NCBI GenBank assembly: GCA_964016885.1
Contig: OZ024742.1
Coordinates: 323,330,001-323,394,000, forward strand
Direction of reading: 5' to 3'
DNA length: 64,000 nt
DNA from: Eledone cirrhosa
Taxonomy: Eukaryota
The translations under genes were made by a program, and so were the position numbers. Positions 13,653 to 24,634 of the stretch are shown one piece after another; within the stretch, counting starts at the first letter, position 1, and each line of letters opens with the position of its first letter. The notes under the pieces are model-generated. The model had not been told where the DNA came from and did not search any database. It was given only the letters and a program-made list of their open reading frames with translations.

Positions 13653-13990
13653 CAGGAGTTCTCAACCTGGTCCATGTGGACCACTAGTGGTCCACAGGAA
13701 AATTCAGGTGGTCCACAGAAAATTTTCAATAGAAAATTCTTTTTTGATCCATGCATTTGACTTAAAGCGCTGTTCTTATTCTTCGCATAAGTACGACTTC
13801 AGCTGTTTATTTGCGTAGATTTTTAGGCACTGCGACATGATAATAGCATTTTCTAATTCATTGAAAAAAAACATCTACTGATGCTTATAAATAGCAGTTC
13901 TATTACAAAAGATTTAAAAGTTTAGGTGGTCCACATAAAAAAATTACTTATTTTGGTGGTCCACAGCGAAAAAAAGGTTGAGAACCCCTG
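13653..13990. mobile_element. hAT-type MITE
   Basis: TIR CAGGRGTTCTCAACCT; 8-bp TSD GTTTACAT (13645-13652 and 13991-13998); internal GTGGTCCAC subrepeats. Confidence 0.88.
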
Positions 13991-14572
13991 GTTTACATTC
14001 TATGCTTCACCTATTCTTTCATCTCTGTCATATTGTATCTGTAAGTTACAACACATGCATTTACGCTAACTCGTAGAAGTTAGTTAATGTGCAGATAATT
14101 CATGTCATAAATATTATTACTCGATGTTCAAAGTGAATATTGTTATTATAAAATAAACGCTGTTAACAACTCAATCAAGGCATTATTCTTTTCATTAAAC
14201 TACCATACAAAGAATATCAACTTATCTGCTACAGATTTGTTTGATATGTATAGCTTATTTTTCTTGAAGTTTTTACTAATTATAGTGTAATAGCTATTAC
14301 AGTGTTAGTAGAATTACATGTCACGGCACACAGCAGGGTAAACGTTTTCGATCACCACCAGTACTTATTTTTTCAATCAAGTTTAGTACTTATTTTATCG
14401 ATCTCTATTTGAAAAGACAAATACAGACACACATACACACAACAGGCATCCACATATTTCACTCACAAGGCATTGGTTAACCCAAGGCTTCATTTAAAGA
14501 CAAGCAGTAGAACTGAACCCGAAACTATGCAGTTGCGAAGGTAACACCTTAACCAAAGAGTCATATCTGTAC

Positions 14573-15588
14573 AGGAGCCTTTATTCTTATAGCCTGGTCT
14601 AATTGATTTTTTTATGTGGTTAATTATGCTAATTGGAAGAGGAAATGGTGTATATATTTTATCAAATGATTCTATGGACATACTTTATGATATATTGCTC
14701 TGATTATTTAATTTATTAATTCTTCATTGAGCCACATTGTGAATGGTTGCCACATATATATCTGTGACTTTGTTTAGTTTGTGTATATGTAAATCTTTAT
14801 ATTTAATCAGAAAAAATGAAACGAAATTTCATTTCCCACTTTTAGTACGGCTGTTACTTAAATATAAGTATGTACACGTACATACATATATGTATACAGA
14901 CGTACAGTAGTATGTATATATATATACATACATGCACACATATATACATGTACGTATGGATTCACCGAACATTTATTATAATGCTCGGTGTGTTTGTAAA
15001 CAAACATCCCGTATTAAGCCGTAGTATATTTAAAAATCTCCCATTAAGTTGAGATGCAATTTGGGCAATATTGGGCTGCGCTTTCTAGCAACCAGCCCAC
15101 TCGCCGTAAACAACTAATCACATTCTTTCTAACTTGACCACTGCCACACCACGATTCTTAGCCATTTTTGAATCTATTTCTGGCGGGGATCGCTTTGGAA
15201 AATTACCTGTCCTATGAGTTTGTCTCCTGATGAGTTTGAAACTCGAGATTTTATCCTTAATAGGATATCTCAAAACGTGAACGAAACGCCAGGGTAGGGA
15301 CATAATCATGGTAAGAGTGTACGCATTTCTTCTAACTTTAAATGTATACCTAATTGTGTATGGTTGACGGTATATTTAGTCAATTTCTACATGCTGTTGA
15401 AATGTTTGGTAAATATTCTATTGCGGTCGGCCGCGAAGAGGCTGCTGTCGTTTATTTATCAAATATTTCTTCATAGGAGCCTTTATTCTTATAGCCTGGT
15501 CTAATTGATTTTTTATGTGGTTAATTGTGCTAATTGGGAGAGGAAATGGTGTATATATTTTATCAAATGATTCTATGGACATACTTTA

Positions 15589-15596
<8 letters not shown>
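14573..15596 (+). mobile_element. Non-coding hammerhead-bearing element with ~120-bp terminal direct repeats (PLE pLTR or retrozyme-like)
   Basis: 14573-14695 is repeated at 15475-15596 (period ~902 bp); ribozyme inside; runs into (TA)n. Confidence 0.65.
15214..15309 (+). ncRNA. Type I hammerhead ribozyme with canonical core
   Basis: TGTCTC-CTGATGA-GTTT[gagat..atcct taat aggat atctc]GAAC-GAAAC-GCCAGG-GTA-GGGACA: stem I TGTCTC/GGGACA extended by ATGA/TCAT, stem II GTTT/GAAC, 2-bp stem III, GUA triplet at 15294-15296. Confidence 0.8.
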
Positions 15597-15650
<54 letters not shown>

Positions 15651-15653
<3 letters not shown>

Positions 15654-17112
15654 TTTAAATTATTGACGTATTGTTTTATTGATATTTTTTATCTGTTTGG
15701 CCCGAATCTTCCTTTATCGATTTTAAATCGTATGGTTGATTGTAGACTTGTTCTATATGTGACGGTATTTTAACGATAGTTATAGCTCTGATTCATCTGA
15801 ATTATTGAGCCCTCTGCCGCTCATATCGAATTTCGTTTTTCGTGAACTCGTGCGCCGATTTTTCGATACTCGATCTTTCTAATATATTTAGCTCTGGACT
15901 TAGCTATCCACCAGTTAATTTTATTGCTCATTTTTTGTCGATTCTATTGAGTGATGAATAGCTTTTGTTTTATTTTAACATGTCTATTGAGCACTCTAAT
16001 TCGATATGTGTATTTCCACATTCACTCGAATTGTTTTCGCGGATATAGGGGTCATCTCCCTTGTCTAATGCCATGTGCGTTTTTCACCGCTAGTTGACTC
16101 TTTTGCCGCCAGGAAAAAACTCGTTGACAACGTAAACTCCGTTCCACTTATTCTAGTAGGCTTTTATATTTATATGTGAGCTGATAGAGTACAGTCTAAG
16201 GATTTACAGAAACCCATGAAGCTAGATTTAACACCTTTCTAGTGGGTCCGGGTATGATTTTACATTCATTTAAATTATTGACGTATTGTTTTATTGATAT
16301 TTTTTATCTGTTTGGCCCGAATCTTCCTTTATCGATTTTAAATCGTATGGTTGATTGTAGACTTGTTCTATATGTGACGGTATTTTAACGATAGTTATAG
16401 CTCTGATTCATCTGAATTATTGAGCCCTCTGCCGCTCATATCGAATTTCGTTTTTCGTGAACTCGTGCGCCGATTTATCGATACTCGATCTTTCTAATAT
16501 ATTTAGCTCTGGACTTAGCTATCCACCAGTTAATTTTATTGCTCATTTTTTGTCGATTCTATTGAGTGATGAATAGCTTTTGTTTTATTTTAACATGTCT
16601 ATTGAGCACTCTAATTCGATATGTGTATTTCCACATTCACTCGAATTGTTTTCGCGGATATAGGGGTCATCTCCCTTGTCTAATGCCATGTGCGTTTTTC
16701 ACCGCTAGTTGACTCTTTTGCCGCCAGGAAAAAACTCGTTGACAACGTAAACTCCGTTCCACTTATTCTAGTAGGCTTTTATATTTATATGTGAGCTGAT
16801 AGAGTACAGTCTAAGGATTTACAGAAACCCATGAAGCTAGATTTAACACCTTTCTAGTGGGTCCGGGTATGATTTTACATTCATTTAAATTATTGACGTA
16901 TTGTTTTATTGATATTTTTTATCTGTTTGGCCCGAATCTTCCTTTATCGATTTTAAATCGTATGGTTGATTGTAGACTTGTTCTATATGTGACGGTATTT
17001 TAACGATAGTTATAGCTCTGATTCATCTGAATTATTGAGCCCTCTGCCGCTCATATCGAATTTCGTTTTTCGTGAACTCGTGCGCCGATTTTTCGATACT
17101 CGATCTTTCTAA
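15651..17112. repeat. 2.4 near-identical tandem copies of a 615-bp non-coding unit embedded in (TA)n
   Basis: Unit start tcatttaaattattgacg at 15651, 16266 and 16881; TA runs on both flanks. Confidence 0.92.
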
Positions 17113-17989
17113 TATATATATATATATACTGAAATATACATCCAGTGAAGCTTCCAGCCCACACTATAAAGTGGTCGTGATGGCAACATGACAAAAAGCA
17201 CCCAGTACTCACTGTAAATGAGGTTGGCACAAGGAAGGGAGTCCAGCTGTAGAAACCAACCCCAAATCAGTTCTGTATGAGCAAAACATGGTCACCTGAC
17301 CAGGCATTGCTCACAACAGGATATCTCATCTAACACATGCTAGCGTGGAAAAATGGATGTTAAACGGTGATGATGATGATGTTGATGATATCTGTAGCGA
17401 AATTTCTTCGCACATACTGACCCTGAATAACATCTGGCTACTATTTCTCTTTATGTTGGGTTGGCATCAGTGGTTTAGAGAGGCTGGCCAACTTGAGGTT
17501 AAATGAGATAAGTTTTTCTTTAGGTCATTCGACTTTGGTTCCCCAGAAGAGAAGGATCATGTTGAGTTGCTCAAGCAAGTAGTGAGATGTAGCACTTAGC
17601 TAAAAAAAACTTTGGACCTCTCGACAAAGGCCTGACAGGAATTCTTCCATTGGCACTTCAACCACACTCAGTCATCTACCTCTTCATATAGACAACACAG
17701 CCTCCTTGCCACTATGAACTTACTACTACCTATGCTGGTACATACTGTCTGACTACAACTTTTCTCTTTTTAAGGGAACATCGCAGAAGCCTTTTTGAAC
17801 ACTATATTCATTTGTGAACACGACAATCAAACTTTTTATTTATGATTCGAAGTAATCATATTCTTTTTCCTTTTTGTTGAAGTGAAGCAAAATTATAAAT
17901 CCAACCAGAATTATTGGTATTTGTTGTGTTTATCATCCTCTTCCACAACCCCCAAAATATTGTTTCATATATATGTATATATATATGTG

Positions 17990-18565
17990 TCATCATCATC
18001 ATCACCGTCTTATGTCCATTCTTCCACGCTAGCATGGGTTGGACGGGTCGTCCTATTGTGGGCAGTGCCAGGTCGGGTGACCTTGTCTTGCTCATACGGG
18101 AACTGATTTTGGTTTGATTTCTACAGCTGGATGCCCTTCCTAACACCAATCTCATTTACAGTGAGTGCTGGGTGCTTTTTTTCCGTGGCGCCTACATGAC
18201 AACTTTACAGTGTGGGCTGGGTGCTTTTTTGTTGTGACACCTCCATAACCACTTTGCAGTGGGAGAGGGTGGGGGCATTTTGTCTATATGCTTCAGCTTC
18301 GGCTTGTACCCGTTGGAAGTCGGGTCTTCTGTATTACTGCGTGAAGCCAGAGATGACGGTCCTGTGTTATCGCCTTTGAGAAGTGCAATTGGGTAAGGTC
18401 GGCTTTTATCACCTCATCCCAGGTATTCTTGGGTCTCCCCACTCCAAGGCTTCCGACGACTTCTAGTGCTCTGCACCTTTTTATGCAGCTGTCATCCTTC
18501 ATACGCATCACATATCCATACCAACACAACCTCCTCTCCTGCACACAGCATTTGATTCGTCTTAT
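17990..18565 (-). mobile_element. 5'-truncated RTE copy, followed by an opposite-strand RTE-type 3' end at ~18630-18797
   Basis: ERRLCWYGYVMRMKDDSCIKRC..GRPKNTWDEV; (CAT)n tail. Confidence 0.85.
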
Positions 18566-19210
18566 GCTCTCTCTCTCATACACACACACACACATATATA
18601 TATGTATATATATATATATATATATATGAGTCCACACTGTAAATGTGGTTGGTGTTAGGATAGGCATCCAGCTGTAAAAAACCTGCCAGAGACACTTCCG
18701 TACGAGTGAGACATGGTTTCCCGACCATTCCCGCATCAAATAGAACAAAAACATCTAACCAATGCTAGCGTGGAAGATGGACGTTAAATGATGATGATAT
18801 ATATATATATATATATTGTTATTAACTCCAAGACCGAGATCTTCAGATGCTGTCCTCATCTGAAATCACATCTACTTTGTAACTGGATTGACATTCCTAC
18901 GATGACTCAACCACCTTGAACTCTTGTTTACTCATTACGCCTTACATCCACTACGATTATTATTACTCTCTGAACTCACATTCTGTACCCATATATTCTT
19001 TTTCTCCCTCATCTCCTCTTATATTTATATATATATTTTTTCCCTATGTTATTTATTTTTCCTATTCCCCGCTACCTTCTACCTTACCCTTTACACAGCC
19101 ACCTTTTTATATATAGACCTTTATTTTTGTGTGTATGTTTGTATATGTGTGTTTGTATGTATGTGTATTTATGTATGTATGTGTATTTATGTGTGTATAT
19201 ATATGTATAT

Positions 19211-19558
19211 GGAGGCACATGGCTTAGTGGTTAGAGCATTGGCCTTGCAATCGAAAGGTTGTGAGTTCAATTCTCAGACCGGGTGATGTGTTGTTTCCTT
19301 GAGCAAGACACTTTATTTCACATTGCTCCAGTTTACTCAGCTGTAGAAATGAGATGATAGGGACTGAGGTCCCTATCATTCCACTGCAAAGTGGTCGTGG
19401 AGGTGCCACGGCAAAAAAGCACCCAGCACTCACTGTAAATGAGGTTGATGTTAGGAAGGGCATCCAGCTGTAGAAATCAAGCCAGAATCAGTTCCCATCC
19501 CACCCTTGCAAGCAGGGAAAAAGCGGACGTAAAATGAAATGATGATGATGATGATGAT
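19211..19558 (+). mobile_element. tRNA-head CORE-type SINE with an RTE-derived 3' part and (GAT)n tail
   Basis: Box A TGGCTTAGTGG, box B GTTCAATTC; core ccttgagcaagacacttta..actcagctgtagaaatgag; 19381-19490 matches the RTE 3'UTR. Confidence 0.8.
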
Positions 19559-19610
19559 ATATACTAGACCGAAAAATGCGGGCGCATGTGTATTAATATT
19601 CTTAAATAAT

Positions 19611-19788
19611 AATTGTTTCTAATTTTGGCACAAGGCCAGCAATTATCCCAGTGTATTATTGGTACTTTATTTTATCGACCCCGTAAGGATGAAAGGCAAA
19701 ATTAACCTCAGCGGATTTGAACTCAGATCATAACGGGCCGTAACTCTTTGCTGCAAAGCATGGCGTCTGACCCTCTACCGATACTGCC
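19611..19788 (-). mobile_element. Family-1 SINE inserted in the left inverted repeat
   Basis: Same consensus; interrupts aataataa|taaacctgg, which is intact in the right-hand copy. Confidence 0.88.
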
Positions 19789-20220
19789 TAAACCTGGAAA
19801 AGTACAGGACAAGTAGAATTAACTCTTAAAATATTGAAGCTGGAATTTGAATTTGATGAATTCAATGTACAGTAAAATTAGCAATGCTAAGAGATAATAA
19901 GAAATAATAATGAATTAGGGGATTTATTAGATATTAAATCATCAGTTTGCCTAAGTCAGCAATCACCATTTTGCCAACCAAATGCAATTAATGTCATCAA
20001 TCTTTTGTACATAAATTGTCAGTTCATTTAAGTTGTCACTTTTTTGTCCCTTTAGTGGGTTAATTATACTGTATTACTTTAAAAATTGACATTAAAAATT
20101 AATTGAAATTAATAGTAAAAAGTAATAAGCTAAATGTTGCCTAAATTGCCATCATATTAAAATTATTAATCTAATTTCATTTAAAAAAAAGTTAAACCAA
20201 AATTTGTCAAGATCAAATTA

Positions 20221-20339
20221 CAGTTGACTCTCCCTAATTGTCAGCACCATTTTAGGCCCAACTTTTATTTTTTGTGACTCTCCCTAATTGTCAGTCATTT
20301 TTACAGTTCCTTTGAGTGACAATTAGAGATAGTCAACTG
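20221..20339. mobile_element. Tc1/pogo-type MITE
   Basis: 23-bp TIR CAGTTGACTCTCCCTAATTGTCA (21/23 match) flanked by TA on both sides. Confidence 0.7.
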
Positions 20340-21239
20340 TATTTCAAAAAGAAAATTTAGTGATCAAGTGCGATATCATTCTGATTGATAATCTGGATTA
20401 CTGTTCCTTTCTTATGAGGAAAGCAGAGACTATCTTTTAGAGATTAGCACCAAAGATTAACTAGGCCATTCCTAATGAATCAAGGTGATTTCTAGATCGT
20501 TTCTAATTATTTAATTAATAATTAGAGTAAAAAATTATCTTGGTTGTCTTTAGGTCATTCTTGTGTTATTCTAAATATATCCATGAAAGAGCTAGGAATG
20601 ACCATTCCACATGCCAGTGCCGAAATACTGGCACAGAAATGCCTGCACCGAAACGTCCTGTTCCATGCCATCTTAACAACCTCCACCTCCTTGTGATTAA
20701 GTGTGATGTCATAGGCTTATTATTGTACATTTAATTCATCAAATTCAAATTCCAGCTTCAATATTTTAAGAGTTAATTCTACTTGTCCTGTACTTTTCCA
20801 GGTTTATTATTATTTAAGAATATTAATACACATGCGCCCACATTTTTCGGTCTAGTCCCCCTTTTTTTAAGGCATTGCAGCAAATTATTTTATTTAAATT
20901 ACCTTGACCATTTGCTAAGACATTTACAATCCTTTTTTCATCAATAAAAATTAATTTTCATTTCAATATTTCTATAAAATCCAAAATATTAAAATTGAAA
21001 AAGTAATCAATAGAGACATTTGCCTTTTCTGAACACCCTTACTACAAGCCTTCAGGTGTGCCCATAGAGACAAAGCTATAATTAACTATACTCTAATGAT
21101 CAATTTAGTGAAGTGAAGTTATTAAAGATGCTAGAAAAACAAGCAATTAAAATAACTGATTCAAAAATAAATAAAATTAAGTAGTAAATAAATAAAATGC
21201 CAATAAACAGTGATCTCAAATTCAACAATAATTTGTCCA

Positions 21240-21510
21240 TAATTAGCAGTTAGTCCAAAATAAGCAGCAAGTAGTCCAAAATAAAATTAAGTAGTCCAGA
21301 ATTAGCATTTAGTCCAAAATAAAATTATGTAGTCGAAAATCAGCATTTAGTCCAAAATAAGCAGCAAGTAGTCAAAAATAAAATTAAGTAGTCCAGAATC
21401 AGCATTTAGTCAAAAATAATCAGCAAGTAGTCCAAAACAAAATGAAGTAGTCCAGAATTAACAGTAGTCCTAATTATAAGTTGGTAGTCCAAGATCAATA
21501 GTCCAAAATC
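21240..21510. repeat. Minisatellite of ~18-21-bp units (tagtccaaaataagcagcaag / tagtccaaaataaaattaag / tagtccagaattagcatt) just downstream of the USP stop
   Basis: About 13 tagtc-anchored units visible; internal tandem arrays are common in Helitron-family elements. Confidence 0.8.
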
Positions 21511-21516
21511 AAAAAT

Positions 21517-23660
21517 CTAAATTTTTTCCATAAACAATACAACCACATTAGTTAACTTAGGAGGAAATTTATTGTGCCTTTTTTTGATAATGCTGTCACT
21601 AATTTCATCCCAATTTTCAGCACCACTTTTTACCAGACAAGTATAATGGCCTGCCGTAGATGATACTCCTTCATGAAGAATAGCAGCTTTTAATGTGAAA
21701 TTTGTGCCATATATTTGCTGCTTTTTTGCGCTAAAGTTCATAATATCACAATTAATTCGTTGTTCTCCTTCATTATTAATAAAAAATCTATGGCGGTGGA
21801 TTGGCAGTATCGGTAGAGGGTCGGACGCCATGCTTTCCAGCATAGTTACGTCCCTTTACGATCTGAGTTCAAATCCTGCCGAGGTTGACTTTGCCCTTCA
21901 TCCTTACGGGGTCGATAAAATAAAGTACCAGTAATGCACTGGGTAATTGCTGGCCTTGTGCCTAAAGTAGAAACAATTATTAATAAAAAATCTACTAATT
22001 GAGATGACAAGATATTTGAAATCGTTAGTAAATTCAATTCTTGAAGTTATTTGATGCTCAGTATTTTCAGAACAAGTATCACAGTATTTAGTCAAAGTAT
22101 TTGTTGTTGAAAGTAGAGATTTAAATTGTTGTGTGCCATTAATAGGATTTAATATCAAATCCTCTTTTATTTAAAATGGAAGTTCAGATTCTATACCACA
22201 TCCAGGTCTTGAATTACAATTGCAAACATTGTTATTTAAAGCTTGGCAATTTGTTTGATGCAATCGGATGTATCTAGTATGATCAGTTTCAATAAATTGA
22301 AGTTTTTCTCTAAATACCAAGTCCAAATGTAGAGAGAGTTCTTTCCAAAATTCATGAGCACATTGCTGATTTCCATCATGAAATCTTCCTCCAATTCTTT
22401 TTCTTAAGTTAGAAACATTATTATGATTATTAAAAATGATATTGCTTAATTCTTGATGTACTCCATTCATGTTGTTAAAATTATGCAAATACTCTACAAA
22501 TTCAGGCAATTGATTTAGTGATTGCACAACTGAATTTGAAAAACAAGCATTTCTTTGGTTGATCAATTGATGTTTAGGGATTAAAGTCTGGCTGTGTTCA
22601 TTTCTTTTCTTCTTTTTGGCAAATTGGTTTGAATTTTATTCCAAATTAAGTCTTTTAGTTCTTTTCTTGGGCATGCTAGAAGCATTTGCCATGCAAGGAG
22701 GCTTTTTCCTGCAAGGTGGCAATGGAGGCAAATCTGCTCTTTCAGTACTAGCCCGTAGTTTGTTGTACTCTTCCCAAGCAGATTTGTCAACCATGATCAA
22801 TGATCTTGGATCAAAGTTACAGAGATACACATTGCAATGTTTTCTGGCTCTTGAAAAAGCCACATAAGCTTGACCATCAGAAAATATCTTATTTCCTAAA
22901 TCAGAAATTATTCCATCCACAGAAATTCCTTGTGATTTGTGAATTGTTATAGAGTAAGCAAGAGACAATGGAAATTGTGTTCTGGTGACAAAAACACCAG
23001 GAGAAATTTCATAGTCTGCTTGAACTCTTCCAATGGAAATGGGTTTGACCTTTTTGGTATCAAAAGACACCAAAATTTGTCAACATTGCTTCCATTCCCA
23101 ATTAATTCAATAACTGTTCCAATAATACCATTGCATAAGCCTTGATCTACATCAATGTTTCGTTTCAACATCACTCTTGCTCCAATTCCAACATTTAGCA
23201 AAGTTTCTAGTCCAGCAGTATCAGAAGTTTTCTTGTTTTTGCCTTTTTCAACATTTTTCTTTTTTCTTCCATTTACTTGTCTCATACCAGAATCTTTTGC
23301 AGCAAGTTTCACTGCATTTATGTTGCATTTTTTTAATCATTTCATTATTCAACTCATCAACAGCTTCATTCAAAGGTAAAATGCATACAAATTTTAATTC
23401 AATCAAATTTTAATTCAATCAATTTTTTAGCAATTTCTTCAACAGATGCTTTTCTATCAGGAAATAGGCATCTTTTTTTAAGAATGCTAATATCAAAATC
23501 TGATGGGGAACCAATCCTAATTCTTCCCAAAATATCAACATAGTTGTCTTTGTCTTCTTTTTGTCTCATATTAATGGTTAGCTCATCATATTGAAAGTAT
23601 TTCCACAATGAATGCCCACTAATGCCAATTTCTGTTCTTTTGGCATCATATGATGAAATT
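21517..23660 (-). pseudogene. Decayed Helitron/Helentron ORF: PIF1-family helicase followed in frame by a USP/peptidase C19 domain
   Basis: Helicase motifs NMRQKED, ARVMLKRNIDVDQGLCNG, RTQFPLSLAYSITIHKSQG, FSDGQAYVAFSR; USP motifs NQRNACFSNSVVQSL (Cys box), QQCAHEF, CDTC, LHEGVSSTAGHY (His box), WDEISD. 23073-21517 is one frame broken by two TAA codons and a 204-bp SINE insertion. Confidence 0.85.
21791..21980 (+). mobile_element. tRNA-derived SINE (family 1) inserted in the USP domain
   Basis: Box A TGGCAGTATCGG, box B GTTCAAATCC, central cttcatccttacggggtcgataaaataaagtaccag; 19-bp TSD attattaataaaaaatcta (21772-21790 and 21976-21994). Confidence 0.92.
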
Positions 23661-24106
23661 CTTGATAATGTTTATTTGAGTTACTTAAGGGAAACTACTT
23701 AGTACAGCTACGATGGATTTATACTAGAGTTATGTCCCTTAGCGTTACTCTTCATCTGATTTCGTCACTTAAAGTCACACAACTCGATTTCTATGGCAAC
23801 AATCTTTTCAATATTGACAAATTTCGATTCAGCTTATCGAGTTCTATCTACTGAGATAGATATCAAGAAATTAAAAAAGTTATGATGAGTCAAAGTCAAT
23901 GAGGTGCCTTATCCCCCACTACTTGACCACATTTATTTTAGCGTAACTTTTTTTCTACTGACCCAAATTTCAATTTCCTTATACCAAAATGTAGCCTGGG
24001 ATGATCAAATTTGGTTGAGAACTGAATTAGTGACAAGTCCTAGAAGTGGCTAACGTTGGGAAAAAGTTGACCTTAAGAATATAATTCACACACTACCTTG
24101 TGTGAA

Positions 24107-24108
<2 letters not shown>

Positions 24109-24182
<74 letters not shown>

Positions 24183-24307
24183 GGATTTGTATATGTATGT
24201 ATATATATATATATATATGTATATGTGTGTGTGTGTGTGTGCTTTTGTGAGTGTGTAATTATAGTGCGTGAATATGCACGTTTTTGTTTATATGTTTGTA
24301 TGTATGC

Positions 24308-24395
<88 letters not shown>
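24109..24395. repeat. Compound (TA)n/(TG)n microsatellite; other (TA)n tracts at ~11370-11435, 15591-15650, 18595-18627, 31362-31410, 32263-32339
   Basis: Directly visible. Confidence 0.95.
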
Positions 24396-24396
<1 letters not shown>

Positions 24397-24525
24397 GATA
24401 TTAACAAATGGAAACTATATTTATAAAACCATATTTATTTCATTATACATATTTCAAGGACACCAAGTTAAATTATGGTGTGCTTTCATCAGATAAAATA
24501 TAATATAGATCAGTTTTATAAATAA

Positions 24526-24634
24526 ATATTGACATACCCTTAAAAAATGCAACCATTACTGTTGGAAGCTCCCGGATAGACTATCCGGGGGCTTCCAACA
24601 GTAATGGTTGCATTCTTTAAGGGTATGTCAATAT
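24526..24634. repeat. 109-bp near-perfect palindrome (54-bp arms, 1-nt loop, 2 mismatches)
   Basis: atattgacatacccttaaaaaatgcaaccattactgttggaagctcccggatag-a-ctatccgggggcttccaacagtaatggttgcattctttaagggtatgtcaatat. Confidence 0.95.

Larger units (their letters stand above)
19563..20856. mobile_element. Segment bounded by ~133-bp inverted repeats, each ending in a Helitron-like hairpin plus CTAG
   Basis: 19563-19613 plus 19789-19871 is the reverse complement of 20724-20856; terminus ATGCGCCCGCATTTTTCGGTCTAG|T. Confidence 0.75.

Noticed and set aside
18840-18866. Hairpin ttcagatg-ctgtcct-catctgaa as a possible ribozyme
   Set aside because: No CUGANGA/GAAA core arrangement on either strand
21240-21510. 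Regularly spaced short repeats that might suggest a CRISPR array
   Set aside because: Head-to-tail minisatellite with no unique spacers, eukaryotic context and no cas genes
21791-21885. tRNA gene calls for SINE heads (boxes A and B)
   Set aside because: Each continues into a SINE body and tail with TSDs; no complete cloverleaf
22636-23608. Host PIF1 gene or host USP gene
   Set aside because: Intronless, frameshifted (including a 16-bp duplication at ~23389-23420), SINE-interrupted, and followed by a minisatellite and a Helitron-like terminus
24102-24496. YI/IY-repeat ORFs (also 11365, 15534, 18924, 32150)
   Set aside because: Translations of (TA)n/(TG)n microsatellites
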